From positions 1,888,001 through 1,952,000 of the forward strand of contig CAWGJT010000005.1 in assembly GCA_963822965.1 (NCBI GenBank): 64,000 bases of DNA. Direction: 5' to 3'. The position numbers and the translations under genes are program-made. Below, one piece after another: positions 29,547-41,202 of this stretch. The notes below the pieces were generated by a model. It searched no databases and was not told the origin of the DNA. It saw only the letters and a list, made by a program, of their open reading frames with translations. This DNA is from an uncultured delta proteobacterium. GTDB taxonomy: Bacteria > Myxococcota_A > UBA9160 > UBA4427. Positions within the stretch are counted from its first letter, which is position 1. Every line of letters starts with the position of its first letter.

Positions 29547-31355
29547 CTAGACGTATGACCCCGGACTGTCACTCGTTCTTCGTAGGAGTGACAACCCCTC
29601 CCGGCGAAGTCGTTCCTTCTCGCGGAAGATGGCCTCCTGGTCCTCCTCAGGGTCGCCCATCCGCCGCGTCAATTCCTTCTGCAACGCGTCAATCCGGCGC
29701 TTCTCGAGCCGCGCCACGAGATCGCGCAGCGCGCGCTCGGGTGGCGTTTCGCCCCGGAAGAGCTCGTCGTCCATCGCCACCATGCGAAGCCGCGATCGCG
29801 CGTCTTCGTCGAGTCGCGCTTCCAGCGCGAAGTGATCGGCCGCGCCCGTCTCGTCGACGATCCCCTCGCCGGCGGCATCGAGCAAAGCCCCTAGGACTGC
29901 CTTCCAGGAGCCCTCGGGGAGCAACGACTCGAAGGGAGCGCGCTCGAGGTCGCCGGCCAGCCCGGGATGGCGGAAGAGCAGCACCGCCAGCTCGTGCAGG
30001 TGGCGCTCCTGGCTCGACACCTTGCGGGGCACGACGCTTCGCGATTCGACCACCGGCGCGGTGCCGCCGCGAGCCGCGGTGCGCACGGCGGCCTGGACGG
30101 CGGCTTCGTCCGTCGCGGTCCAGCTGGCAAGGCGCCTTGCGTACTCCACGCGCTCCACCGGGTCGCCGATGCACGCGACGACGGGCACGATGCGGTTGAC
30201 CACGTCCGCCTTCTGGCCGGGGCTCGCGCAGCCGGCGTCCACCGCCCACTGCATCACCTGCTCGAGGGCGTCGCGGGCGCCATCGACGAGGGCGCAGAGC
30301 TCGTCTGCACCGCGGCGCACGAGGAAGCTGTCGGGATCTTCGCCCGCGGGAAGCGCGACGGCGCGCACCCGCAGGCCCTCGGGCAGCAGCACCTCGAGGG
30401 ATCGCTCCATGGCCGCGCGTCCGGCCGCGTCGCCGTCGAAGAGCAGCACCACCTCGTGGGTCCGGCGCGAGAGCTGGGAGGCGTGCTCCGCCGTGAGGGC
30501 GGTCCCGCACGTGGCGAGCGCCTCGCCCACCTCGGCACGCGCGAGGGCGATGCGGTCGAAGTAGCCCTCGCAGACCACCGCCCGAGCGGCCCGGCGCAGC
30601 TCCGCCAGGGCGTCGGGGAAGCCGTAGAAGGTCTCGCGCTTGCGGAAGACCGGCGTCTCCGGCGTGTTCAGGTACTTGGGCTCCTGGCCCTCGGCGAGGG
30701 CGCGGCCCCCGAAGCCGACCACCCGACCGCGCACGTCGTGGATCGGGAAGGTCACGCGTCCGCGCAGGCGGTCGTAGTAGCCCGGGCCGCCCTGACGCCG
30801 GGCGACGAGGCCGGCCTGCTCGCCGATCGAAGCCGGGATCTTCTCCTGTTCGAGCCGCCGCACCACGGCGTCCCAACGATCGGGCGCGTAGCCGATGCCG
30901 AAGCGCGCGATGGCTTCGTCGTCGAAGCCCCGGCCCTTCAGGTAGTCGCGCGCCTTCTGGCCTTCGTTGCCAGCGAGGGTCTCGCGGTAGAGCCGTTGGG
31001 CGATGTCGTTGGCGGCGAAGAGCCGCTCGGAGAGACCGCGCTCGCGGCGTTCGCCGGCGCTCTCCTCGATCTCGATGCCGCAATCCGCCGCCAGATTGCG
31101 AACGGCCTCCGGAAACGAGAGGCCGTCGTGCTTCATCAGGAACCCGATGACGTCGCCGCCTTCCTGGCAGCCGAAGCAGTGGAAGATCTGGCGGTCGGGA
31201 TTGACGTTGAACGAAGGGGTCTTCTCACCGTGGAAGGGACAGAGGCCCTTCCAGTTGCGGCCGGCTCGCTTGAGCTCGACGTAGCGGCCGATCAGGCCGA
31301 CGATGTCGACGCGGCTGCGAATATCCTGGATGGTTCCTTCGGAGATCCGACCCAT
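29547..31355 (-). CDS. dnaG: DNA primase
   Basis: CPFHGEKTPSF Zn finger, KYLNTPET, EGYFD, FDGDAAG. Confidence 0.97.
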   Translation of the reverse strand: MGRISEGTIQDIRSRVDIVGLIGRYVELKRAGRNWKGLCPFHGEKTPSFNVNPDRQIFHCFGCQEGGDVIGFLMKHDGLSFPEAVRNLAADCGIEIEESAGERRERGLSERLFAANDIAQRLYRETLAGNEGQKARDYLKGRGFDDEAIARFGIGYAPDRWDAVVRRLEQEKIPASIGEQAGLVARRQGGPGYYDRLRGRVTFPIHDVRGRVVGFGGRALAEGQEPKYLNTPETPVFRKRETFYGFPDALAELRRAARAVVCEGYFDRIALARAEVGEALATCGTALTAEHASQLSRRTHEVVLLFDGDAAGRAAMERSLEVLLPEGLRVRAVALPAGEDPDSFLVRRGADELCALVDGARDALEQVMQWAVDAGCASPGQKADVVNRIVPVVACIGDPVERVEYARRLASWTATDEAAVQAAVRTAARGGTAPVVESRSVVPRKVSSQERHLHELAVLLFRHPGLAGDLERAPFESLLPEGSWKAVLGALLDAAGEGIVDETGAADHFALEARLDEDARSRLRMVAMDDELFRGETPPERALRDLVARLEKRRIDALQKELTRRMGDPEEDQEAIFREKERLRREGLSLLRRTSDSPGSYV

Positions 31356-31458
31356 CCCACTCCAGCAACCCGCCGCCTCGCGCCTCGAAGCCGTGCTCCT
31401 CGCAGGAGCCCGGCCCTCGCAGAGAGGAGCCCTGCTCCTCGCTTGGAGGTGCGCGCGT

Positions 31459-31656
31459 CTAGCGGGTACCCCTTCTCATCTTCTTCAGCGCTCGCTTGCG
31501 TGCGGCTGCAGCCTTCTTCTTCTTGCGGATGCTCGGCTTGTCGTAGTACTCGCGTCTCCGCAGCTCGGTGAGGATCCCCGCCTTCTCGCAGGTCTTCTTG
31601 AAGCGCTTCATGGCCGCTTCGAACGACTCGTTGTCCTTCACCTTGATGACGGGCAT
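31459..31656 (-). CDS. rpsU: 30S ribosomal protein S21
   Basis: [10 protein letters not shown] motif. Confidence 0.97.
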   Translation of the reverse strand: MPVIKVKDNESFEAAMKRFKKTCEKAGILTELRRREYYDKPSIRKKKKAAAARKRALKKMRRGTR

Positions 31657-31915
31657 TTGCCTTCTCTGTCTCTCGCGCGATGACTAGCGCAGTACGCGGA
31701 TGGCGAACGAGCGGGGCCGCCCCGCACCGTCCTACCGAGGTCCGCTGGTAGGTGGCTTCTGGGTCTTCGCTGTGTCGGTTCCTGCGCGGCAGTTGCCGGA
31801 AGGGGCAGCCACGGCGCGGCGCTCTCTCCGCGGCGCCCGCGACGCTCCTGTCGATCCGGTGCTGGCCAGGGGGAGATGAATGGGAATCGACTCTCGAATC
31901 TGCAATGGACGCGCC

Positions 31916-31944
31916 ACCGTAGCCCACGCCCCACGGGGATTCAA
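31916..31944 (-). promoter_or_regulatory. Putative sigma70 promoter of rpsU-dnaG-rpoD
   Basis: TTGAAT-N17-TACGGT. Confidence 0.55.
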
Positions 31945-32037
31945 GCAACGCATGGGCAGGCGGCCGGCGGGTCGAGGCGACGGGGCGGGAGCCAGCCGCC
32001 ACCCCTCGAAGGCTTCATGCCGAGGCCGGCGAAGGCT

Positions 32038-32819
<782 letters not shown>

Positions 32820-32829
<10 letters not shown>

Positions 32830-33605
32830 GACGGAGCTCCTTCGGCAGCGCGTTCGGCGGCCGCGAGGGCCTCGGCGAGATCGACGGCGCCCGTGTAGAG
32901 CGAGCGTCCCAGGATGGCCCCGGCGATGCCGCTCTTCATGCGGGCGATGCCGCCCTCGATGTCGGCCAGCGACGCGACGCCGCCGGAGACGATGACGGGG
33001 ACGTCGACGCACTCGGCGAGGGCGGCGGTGGCGTCGAGATTGGCGCCGGCGAGCATGCCGTCCCGGGCGATGTCCGTGTAGACGATGGCGGCGATGCCGT
33101 CGTCCGCGAAGCGCTGGGCCAGCTCGACGGCCGTCATCTCGCTCACGTCGCGCCAGCCCTCGACGGCCACGCGTCCGTCCCGGGCGTCGATGCCCAGCAC
33201 CACCCGGCCGGGGAACGCGCGCGCGGCGTCGCGCACCACCTGCGGCTGCTTCAACGCCACGGTGCCCATCACCACGCGGTCGACGCCGAGCGCGAGCGCG
33301 GCCTCCGCGTCGGCCACGCTGCGCACGCCGCCTCCGAGCTGCACGGGAACCGAGCCCATGGCGGCGACGATGGCGCGAATCGACGCCTCGTTGCGTCGCA
33401 CGCCGTCCCGGGCCCCGTCGAGATCCACCACGTGGAAGCGCCGGATGGGATGGGCGGCCCAGCGACGGGCGGCCCGGGCGGGGTCGGGCTCGTAGACGGT
33501 CACGTCCGCGTAGCTGCCCTGGGCGAGCCGCACGCAGCGCCCTTCCAGCACGTCGATGGAGGGGATCACCTCGAAGATCCGTCCCGTCTCGCGCGAGCCG
33601 CCCAC
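32820..33605 (-). CDS. hisA: ProFAR isomerase
   Basis: [35 protein letters not shown]. Confidence 0.95.
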
Positions 33606-34246
33606 TAGGATTCCTCGACCCAGAAGCGATACGCGTCCAGCAGCCGCTTGCCGGCGGCCTGGCTCTTCTCGGGGTGGAACTGCACGGCGAAGAGGTTCGG
33701 CGTGGCTACCGCGGACGCGAAGGAGCCGCCGTAGTCGGTGCGGCCGACCACGATGGAATCGTCGTCGGGCTCTCCCCGGTAGGAGTGCACGAAGTAGAAG
33801 TAGTCGCGCTCGGGCAGATGCTCGAGCATCGGGTGCGCGCCCGAGAACACCACCTCGTTCCAACCGATGTGGGGAACGCGCAGGCGTGCGCCCGAGGGGT
33901 CGCGGTCCGGGAAGCGGCGAACGTGTCCGGCCAGCACGCCGAAGCCCTTCGTGATGCCGTGCTCCTCGCCCTCGTCGAAGAGAAGCTGCAGCCCGAAGCA
34001 CAGGCCCAGGTACGGACGCTTGTCCGCGATGGCGCGGGCCACGGCCTCGTCGAGACCGGCCGCCCGCAGGCTGTTGGCCGCGTCCCGGAAGGCCCCGACG
34101 CCGGGCAGCACGACGCCCGCGCACCCGCGCACCACCGCCGGGTCGCCCGTCACGACGGGCTCCATGCCGGAGCGGGCGAGCGCCTTCGCCACGCTGCGCA
34201 GGTTGCCCGCGCCGTAGTCGACGACCGCGATGCGGGGCGCGCTCAT
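33605..34246 (-). CDS. hisH: IGP synthase glutaminase subunit
   Basis: DYGAGNL, LPGVGAF, GLCFGLQ, QFHPEKS. Confidence 0.96.
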   Translation of the reverse strand: MSAPRIAVVDYGAGNLRSVAKALARSGMEPVVTGDPAVVRGCAGVVLPGVGAFRDAANSLRAAGLDEAVARAIADKRPYLGLCFGLQLLFDEGEEHGITKGFGVLAGHVRRFPDRDPSGARLRVPHIGWNEVVFSGAHPMLEHLPERDYFYFVHSYRGEPDDDSIVVGRTDYGGSFASAVATPNLFAVQFHPEKSQAAGKRLLDAYRFWVEES

Positions 34247-34337
34247 CTCGGACACCGGCGCCGCGCGCCGGCGATGGGGGGACACTCGATCATGAATCTC
34301 TACCCGGAGCTCTCGCGGATGAAGTCGCAGCCGCTCG

Positions 34338-34952
34338 TCAGAGCGCGCCCTTCACGGTGGGCAACCCGGTCTGGCGCGGATCGATCTCGAGGGCCGCACG
34401 CAGCGCGCGGGCGGCTCCCTTGAAGACCGCTTCCACCACGTGATGCGGGCTGCGTCCGTACCGCATGTCCACGTGCAGATCGAGCCCAGCGTTCTGGGAC
34501 AGCGCCTGCAGGAAGTCCTCGGTGAGGGCCGCGTCGAAGTCGCCGATGCGGTCGTTCGAGAGATCCACGCGATACACCAGGTAGGGACGGTTCGAGATGT
34601 CCACCGCTACCTCGACCTTCGCCTCGGCCATGGGCAGCACGGCACTGCCGAAGCGGCGGATGCCCACCGCCGAGCCCAGCGCCTGGCGGATGGCCTGGCC
34701 GATGGCGATGCCCACGTCCTCGACGGTGTGGTGCAGGTCGACCTCGATGTCGCCCCGGGCCTCGAGCTTCAGGTCGAAGAGGGCGTGCCGGGCGAACGAC
34801 TCCAGCATGTGGTCGAAGAACGGGATCCCCGTCGAGACCTCGTACTGCCCCGACCCGTCGAGGCAGAGCTCGACGTGGATGTCCGTCTCCTTCGTCTTGC
34901 GGACGATGGTGGACGTTCGGGGGCTCGAAGTCGGCGCGGCCGCGTCGCCCAT
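34338..34952 (-). CDS. hisB: Imidazoleglycerol-phosphate dehydratase
   Basis: RKTKETDI, HHTVEDVG, HHVVEAVFKG. Confidence 0.96.
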   Translation of the reverse strand: MGDAAAPTSSPRTSTIVRKTKETDIHVELCLDGSGQYEVSTGIPFFDHMLESFARHALFDLKLEARGDIEVDLHHTVEDVGIAIGQAIRQALGSAVGIRRFGSAVLPMAEAKVEVAVDISNRPYLVYRVDLSNDRIGDFDAALTEDFLQALSQNAGLDLHVDMRYGRSPHHVVEAVFKGAARALRAALEIDPRQTGLPTVKGAL

Positions 34953-35030
34953 GTCGGTCTCCTGGCTCCTTCCTCGGGTGCTGTCTCGTCCTGCGCAGGA
35001 CCCGGGAGCCGGAGAGCGTCCTGGGCCTCG

Positions 35031-36386
35031 TTAGATCTCGGCTTCCCGCGCCGCCTCGCGCTCGCGTCGCGCCCGGCGGATCTTCTGCAGACGCAGGTCG
35101 ATCGACTTTCCGTGTCCGCTGAGGCCCTCGACCTCGGCGAGACGGATCACCTCCGCGCCCAGCTCCCGCAGCTTCGGCGGCTCGAACTTCATGAAGCTCG
35201 TGCGCTTCAGGAAATCCTCGACGCACAGCGGCGATGCGAAGCGCGCCATCCCGCCCGTCGGGAGCACGCCGTTGGGTCCCGCCAGATAGTCCCCGACCGC
35301 CACGGGAGTGTAGTGACCGAGGAAGATGGCCCCGGCGCAGGTGACCGTCTTCACTGCGCTTTCCGGATCCTCGATGGCGAGAACGAGATGCTCCGGCGCG
35401 TAGCGGTTGGCGATTGTAATCGACTCCTCGAGATTGCGCGTCACCACCACCGCCCCCCGGGTGGAGAGCGACTCGCGCGCGATCTTCGACCGCTCGAGCC
35501 CCTTGAGCTGCCGGGCCAGCTGCTCCTGGACCCGGGTCACCAGGGCCTTGGTGTGGGTCACCAGCAGCAGACGCACGTCCTCGCCCTGCTCGGCCTGGGA
35601 GAGCAGGTCGGCGGCCAGCCAGGCGGGCGTGGCGCTGCGGTCGGCGACGATGCAGACCTCGGAAGGGCCCGCCTCGGGGGTCACGGCCGCGTACCGCGCG
35701 ACGGCGCGCAGGGCGCACGTCACGGCGGGATCGCCGTGTCCCACGATCTTGTCCACCGCGGGAACCGTCTCCGTCCCGTAGGCCAGGGCGGCGATGGCGT
35801 GCGGGCCTCCCATCTTGAACACCCGGTGGACGCCCGCCACCCGGGCGGCGGTGAGGATCTCCGGGGCCACCTTGCCCCCGCGGTCGGCGGCCGCGGCGAG
35901 GACGATCTCCGGCACCTCCACCACGGAGGCGGGGATGGTGTTCATGATGACGCGCGAGGGCGCGCGCAGGTGGCGGCTGTCCACGTAGACGCCCACCCGC
36001 TCGAGGGGGCGCACCCGGTGGCCCATGTAGCCGCCGCCCTCCTCGCGCATCTCCCAGCTCGACGGAATGCGCTTGCGGTGGAACTCGCGGACGCGCATGG
36101 CGGCCTTGCCGAGGGCCGCGCGGTCGCCCGCGTCCGCCTGCTCGCAGGCCTCGTCCCATTCGTCGCGGCCCACCTCGAGGGTCTGGATCTTCGAGCGGTC
36201 GGCCTTCTGCACGAGCGCGAGCAGCTCGGCGTCGCCGCCCTCGCGCACGCGCTCGAGCGTCCGCCGCACGTCCTTCTCCGACGCGGCCCCGTCCTCGGCG
36301 CGCTCGCACAGCGCCGCGAAGCTCGCCTCGAAGGCGGACTCGTCGGTCTTGATGACGCGCAGAAGCTTGGTCGATCGGCTGGCCAT
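35031..36386 (-). CDS. hisD: Histidinol dehydrogenase homolog with degenerate motifs
   Basis: AALAYGTE, AGPSE, DLLSQAE, APEHL, GDY.AGPN.VLPT, his-operon position. Confidence 0.85.
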   Translation of the reverse strand: MASRSTKLLRVIKTDESAFEASFAALCERAEDGAASEKDVRRTLERVREGGDAELLALVQKADRSKIQTLEVGRDEWDEACEQADAGDRAALGKAAMRVREFHRKRIPSSWEMREEGGGYMGHRVRPLERVGVYVDSRHLRAPSRVIMNTIPASVVEVPEIVLAAAADRGGKVAPEILTAARVAGVHRVFKMGGPHAIAALAYGTETVPAVDKIVGHGDPAVTCALRAVARYAAVTPEAGPSEVCIVADRSATPAWLAADLLSQAEQGEDVRLLLVTHTKALVTRVQEQLARQLKGLERSKIARESLSTRGAVVVTRNLEESITIANRYAPEHLVLAIEDPESAVKTVTCAGAIFLGHYTPVAVGDYLAGPNGVLPTGGMARFASPLCVEDFLKRTSFMKFEPPKLRELGAEVIRLAEVEGLSGHGKSIDLRLQKIRRARREREAAREAEI

Positions 36387-36464
36387 CTCTCGCCTCCTGG
36401 CTTTGAGCCCGTGGCTGCGCTCGGGCTCCCACCGCTGGAGGGGGACGGGCGGCGGCGTTTCCGG

Positions 36465-37349
36465 CTATTTCGTGCGACCCGGTCCTTCGCGGCGCGCCAC
36501 CACGACGCGCGGCCTCCGGGCCAGGTCTCGTACGACCTCGATCTCCACGAGGCCGGCCTTGCTGCACTCCTCGGCGATCCGCTCCGTCTGCTCCGGTCCC
36601 AGCTCGACGGCGAAGACGCCTCCCGGCATCAGCGCCTCGTTCACCCCGGCCACCAGACGGCTCGCCACCGCGAGGCCATCTTCTCCGCCGAAGAGAGCCA
36701 CCTCGGGCTCGTGCACCAGCTCCGGGGGCAGCCCTCCCGCATCTCGCCGCGCCACGTAGGGCGGGTTCGAGACGATGAGATCGAACTGCTCCCCCGGAAC
36801 GGCCCCGAAGAGGTCTCCCTCCAGGAAGCGGAGTCGTTCACTCAGCAGCAGCTTGTCGGCATTGGAGCGGGCAATCTGTAGGGCCAACGGGGAGATATCG
36901 GTGGCTGTGACGTGTGCAGCGGGCCGCTCGTGGGCCAGGGCGAGGGCGATCGCCCCCGATCCCGTGCCCAGGTCCAGGATCCGGTAGGATCCCCGCGGGT
37001 CCGGCAGCCGCGCCAGGGCGGCCTCCACCAGGGTCTCGGTCTCGGGGCGTGGCGTGAGGACGTCACCGCTCACCTGCAGCTCCAGGGACCAGAACTCGCG
37101 CACCCCCAGCAGCTGGGAGACGGGTACCCGCTCGCGCGCGCGGCGCAGCACCAGCTGGCGGAAGACCGCGCGCTCGTCGGCGTGGATCGGCTTGTCGAAG
37201 TCCACGTAGAGCTGCAGGCGCTTCACGCCCAGGGCGTGGGCCAGCAGGCACTCCGCGTCGAGCCGGGGCGAGTCGAGGCCCTGGGCGGCGAAGTGCTGCT
37301 CCGTCCACTGGAGCAGCTCGAGGATCGTCCAGGTCCTGTCTTCGGCCAT
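36465..37349 (-). CDS. prmC: Release factor glutamine methyltransferase
   Basis: PRPETE, DLGTGSG, SNPPY. Confidence 0.96.
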   Translation of the reverse strand: MAEDRTWTILELLQWTEQHFAAQGLDSPRLDAECLLAHALGVKRLQLYVDFDKPIHADERAVFRQLVLRRARERVPVSQLLGVREFWSLELQVSGDVLTPRPETETLVEAALARLPDPRGSYRILDLGTGSGAIALALAHERPAAHVTATDISPLALQIARSNADKLLLSERLRFLEGDLFGAVPGEQFDLIVSNPPYVARRDAGGLPPELVHEPEVALFGGEDGLAVASRLVAGVNEALMPGGVFAVELGPEQTERIAEECSKAGLVEIEVVRDLARRPRVVVARREGPGRTK

Positions 37350-37432
37350 CTCCGTCCCCCGAGCCGCGCCAGGAGCGTGCGCGGCAGAAGGCCGCGCACG
37401 CCGCGGCCAGCCGAGATCGTAGATTTCGGCCG

Positions 37433-38515
37433 CTACCCGGCCTCGGGGTCGGAGCTGTCGAACGACTCCGACAGCTCGAGCCGCACGGCGGAGATCAGCT
37501 CCTGCAGATCGCCCTCGAGGACGTGGTCGAGCTTGTGGAGCGTCACCCCCGCGCGGTGATCGGTGATGCGATTCTGCGGAAAGTTGTAGGTGCGGATCTT
37601 CTCGCTGCGCTCGCCGCTGCCCACCTGCTCGCGGCGGGCGCTGGCTCGCTCGTCGGCGGCGCGCTGCTGCTCCATCTCGAGCAGCCGCGAGAGCAGCACC
37701 TTCATGGCCTTCGCCTTGTTCTTGTGCTGGGACTTCTCGTCCTGGCACTGCACGACGAGGCCCGTCGGTAAGTGCGTGATGCGAACCGCGGAGTCGGTCG
37801 TGTTGACGCTCTGTCCGCCCGGACCGCCCGCCCGCATGACGTCGATGCGCAGGTCGTTCGGGCTCACCTCGACGTCCACGTCCTCGGCCTCGGGCATCAC
37901 CGCCACGGTCACGGTCGAGGTGTGGATGCGTCCCTGGGACTCGGTGGCCGGAACCCGCTGCACCCGGTGCACGCCCCGTTCGTACTTCAGATCGCGGAAC
38001 ACGCCGTCCCCGGAGACGAGGGCGATGATCTCCTTGAAGCCCCCGCCCGCGGTCTCCGAGACCGAGAGGTTCTCCACCTTCCATCCCACCCGGTCGGCGT
38101 GCCGGTGGTACATGCGGAAGAGGTCCGCGGCGAAGAGGGCCGCTTCGTCGCCGCCCGTGCCCGCGCGGATCTCGAGGATGGCGTTGCGGGCGTCGTTGGG
38201 GTCGGGCGGCAGCAGCAGCTGGCGCAGCTCCTGCTCCAGCGCGTCCCGCTCTTCGCTCAGGCGGGCGACGTCGCTGCGCGCCATCTCGGCGATCTCGGGA
38301 TCGTCGTCCCGGAGCATCTCGCGCGCGCCTTCGAGCTCGACCAGCACCGCGCGGTAGCGACCGCCGCGCTCGACCAGGGGTCGCTGCAGGGCGAGCTGCT
38401 TGCCGAGACGCTGGTACTCGCTCGGCTTCTGGGCCAGCACCGGATCGGCGAGCTGCTCCTCCAGCGCGCGGGCGCGCGCCTCCGCCTCGGTGATCTTCTC
38501 GAGGTAATCTGCCAT
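37433..38515 (-). CDS. prfA: Peptide chain release factor 1
   Basis: GGQ, VPAT, HRVQRVP. Confidence 0.98.
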   Translation of the reverse strand: MADYLEKITEAEARARALEEQLADPVLAQKPSEYQRLGKQLALQRPLVERGGRYRAVLVELEGAREMLRDDDPEIAEMARSDVARLSEERDALEQELRQLLLPPDPNDARNAILEIRAGTGGDEAALFAADLFRMYHRHADRVGWKVENLSVSETAGGGFKEIIALVSGDGVFRDLKYERGVHRVQRVPATESQGRIHTSTVTVAVMPEAEDVDVEVSPNDLRIDVMRAGGPGGQSVNTTDSAVRITHLPTGLVVQCQDEKSQHKNKAKAMKVLLSRLLEMEQQRAADERASARREQVGSGERSEKIRTYNFPQNRITDHRAGVTLHKLDHVLEGDLQELISAVRLELSESFDSSDPEAG

Positions 38516-38587
38516 TTCAGGAGGCTGCGACGGCCATCTCGGAAGCTACGACGGCCATGGTTCGGGGAGGGGCCTCTCGCAAGTGGC

Positions 38588-40063
38588 TCAGGAGTTCATC
38601 GACTCCAGGAACTCCACGTTCGTTTCCGTGGCCTTGATCTTGCCCAGCAGGAACTCCATCGAGTCCACGGGGGACAGGGGAGCGAGCACCTTGCGCAGGA
38701 TGTACATCCGGTTCAGGGTGTTCTCGTCCAGCAGCAGCTCCTCGCGCCGGGTCGCCGAGCGATTGATGTCGATGGCCGGGTAGGTCCGCCGATCCGCCAG
38801 CTTCCGGTCGAGCACGAGCTCGCTGTTGCCGGTGCCCTTGAACTCCTCGAAGATCACCTCGTCCATGCGCGACCCGGTGTCGATGAGCGCGGTGCCCACG
38901 ATGGTGAGGCTGCCGCCCTCCTCGACGTTGCGCGCCGCCCCGAAGAAGCGCTTCGGCTTGTGGAGCGCGTTGGAGTCGACGCCGCCCGAGAGGATCTTGC
39001 CCGAGTGGGGCACCACGGTGTTGTGGGCGCGCGCGAGGCGGGTGATCGAGTCGAGCAGGATCACCACGTCGCGGCCGTGCTCCACCAGGCGCTTGGCCTT
39101 GTTGATGACCATGTCGGCCACCTGCACGTGACGCGTGGCGGGCTCGTCGAAGGTGGAGGAGATCACCTCTCCCTTCACCGTCCGCCGCATGTCGGTCACC
39201 TCTTCGGGCCGCTCGTCGATGAGCAGCACGATGAGGTAGACCTCCGGGTGGTTCTCGATGATCGCGTTCGCGATGTCCTTCAGGATCGTCGTCTTGCCGG
39301 CCTTGGGAGGCGACGTGATCAGGGCGCGCTGTCCCTTTCCGATGGGCGCGATCAGGTCGATGATGCGCGTCGTGATGCCGCCGATCTGCGACTCGAGGGT
39401 GAACTTCTCCTGGGGATAGAGGGGCGTCAGGTTGTCGAAGAGGATCTTGTGGCGCGCCTTCTCGGGCGCCTCGAAGTTGATCGACTCGACCTTCAGGAGC
39501 GCGAAGTAGCGCTCGCCTTCCTTGGGCGAGCGGATCTGACCCTCGACGCTGTCGCCCGTCCGCAGGTTGAATCGGCGGATCTGCGACGGCGAGACGTAGA
39601 TGTCGTCGGGCCCGGCGAGATAGTTCTGATCGGGCGCGCGCAGGAAGCCGAAGCCGTCCTGCAGGATCTCGAGCACGCCCTCGGCGAAGATCTTGCCGTG
39701 CTTGGCGGTCTGGGCTTGGAGGATGGCGAAGAGCAGGTCCTGCTTGCGCATGCCCGCCGCGTTCTCGACCTCCATCTCCTCGGCGATCTTCGTCAGCTCC
39801 TGCATCGTGTTCGCCTTGAGGTCGCGGACGTAGATGCGCTCGCTGTCGTCGTACTCGTCGGCGGCGGCCTCCTCCTCGGCGAGGTCCTCCTCCGAGGGCA
39901 GATACTCGCGCTTGACGGTCTGCCGTACGCCCTCGCCCTTGGCGCGGGTGTTGCCTCCTCCACCCCGGGAGCCGGAGCTGCGGCGGCGACCCCGGCCCCG
40001 GCGGCTGCGGTTGCCTTGGCTTCCAGATCCATTGGTGGAATCACTGGCGCGCTGCGTCGTCAC
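38588..40063 (-). CDS. rho: Transcription termination factor Rho with short Arg/Gly-rich N-terminal extension
   Basis: [33 protein letters not shown] start inferred from promoter position. Confidence 0.96.
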   Translation of the reverse strand: MTTQRASDSTNGSGSQGNRSRRGRGRRRSSGSRGGGGNTRAKGEGVRQTVKREYLPSEEDLAEEEAAADEYDDSERIYVRDLKANTMQELTKIAEEMEVENAAGMRKQDLLFAILQAQTAKHGKIFAEGVLEILQDGFGFLRAPDQNYLAGPDDIYVSPSQIRRFNLRTGDSVEGQIRSPKEGERYFALLKVESINFEAPEKARHKILFDNLTPLYPQEKFTLESQIGGITTRIIDLIAPIGKGQRALITSPPKAGKTTILKDIANAIIENHPEVYLIVLLIDERPEEVTDMRRTVKGEVISSTFDEPATRHVQVADMVINKAKRLVEHGRDVVILLDSITRLARAHNTVVPHSGKILSGGVDSNALHKPKRFFGAARNVEEGGSLTIVGTALIDTGSRMDEVIFEEFKGTGNSELVLDRKLADRRTYPAIDINRSATRREELLLDENTLNRMYILRKVLAPLSPVDSMEFLLGKIKATETNVEFLESMNS

Positions 40064-40443
40064 GTTGTCGTCTCTCTCGTTGGAGTCCAGAGGAGGGCCC
40101 GTTTCGCTCGTTTGGGGTTGGAGTTGGGTTTGGGAGGGGTGCCCGGAGCGGGCTTGGGATCGCGGTCGGGAGGGGGTCGTCTCGGGAAACCGACTGCGGG
40201 GTTGGTCGGCCGTGAGCTGGAGCGTGAGACCCGGATCAGAGTCTGAAAGCGTCTTGGGAGGATGCGGTTCGCTCTGTCTGGCTCTCTGGTTCGGAGTTTC
40301 GGACCGGGAAGTTGAACGAAAAATCGCTGCTTCCGTCCCGGAATTCAGCTGTCGGGTTTCGCGGCCTTCCGCTGGATCCGAACGCGGCCCGATGCGGCAG
40401 CTTCGCGTTCGTTGCTGAATTGGATAAGGGGAAGAGTGGGACA

Positions 40444-40472
40444 ACCGTAGAGCCGAGGCCCCGGGCTGTCAA
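40444..40472 (-). promoter_or_regulatory. Putative sigma70 promoter of rho
   Basis: TTGACA-N17-TACGGT. Confidence 0.7.
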
Positions 40473-40482
40473 GAACTCCGTT

Positions 40483-41202
40483 TCACGCGCGGTCCGACGC
40501 GGGCCCGGAGCCCGCAGCGATGTGATGAACCAGACGGCCCGCGCGCTCGCCGTCCCGACGGTAGGAGTGGAAGCGTTCCGGCTGACAGGCCGTGCAAGAA
40601 TCCGGAACGACGCCGCGATCGGTGTCCGAGATGCCCATCCGCTGCAGCTCCACCGCCACCAGGGATGCGAGATCGAGCATCCAGTGACCGGGACGCCCGG
40701 CTTCTGCGGGGCGGAGCGCCGCATCGAGGCCGGCACCGAACCGGACCCGCAGGGGCACCACGACGGGCTCGTCCACCTCGTAGCAACAGGCGCCGATGTG
40801 AGGCCCGACGACGGCCCGCAGCCGGGTGCCGGCGGGAGAGCGGGCCTGCAGGGCAGCGATGCCCTGCTCGACGACGCCCGCCGCCAGGCCGCGCCAGCCC
40901 GCGTGGATGGCCAACACGGCCGCACCGTCCCGGCTCGCGGCCAGCACGGGGACGCAGTCCGCGGTCACGATCCCCACGGGGACGCCGGGCTCCCCGGACA
41001 CGATCGCGTCGGCTTCGGCCGGATGCGCGCTCCCGTCTCGCACGGCGGCCACCCCCACGCCGTGCACCTGGCGAGGACGCACGAGAAGGCGGGGCGCCGT
41101 GCCGTCCCGCAGCCCGAAGCCATGGACCACGCCGATCTCCTCGAGCAGCGGGTGGCGAAGTCCTGCCGGGCTGGCGGGAGACGGCGGCGGGGCGCTGCTC
41201 AT
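40483..41202 (-). CDS. pgeF: YfiH/PgeF family protein
   Basis: QVHG, TADCVPVL, HAGWRG, CCYEVD, HSYRRD. Confidence 0.88.
   Translation of the reverse strand: MSSAPPPSPASPAGLRHPLLEEIGVVHGFGLRDGTAPRLLVRPRQVHGVGVAAVRDGSAHPAEADAIVSGEPGVPVGIVTADCVPVLAASRDGAAVLAIHAGWRGLAAGVVEQGIAALQARSPAGTRLRAVVGPHIGACCYEVDEPVVVPLRVRFGAGLDAALRPAEAGRPGHWMLDLASLVAVELQRMGISDTDRGVVPDSCTACQPERFHSYRRDGERAGRLVHHIAAGSGPASDRA

Noticed and set aside
40064..40444. 127-aa N-terminal extension of Rho
   Set aside because: The TTG start lies at the -10 element/TSS of a strong predicted promoter; more likely leader
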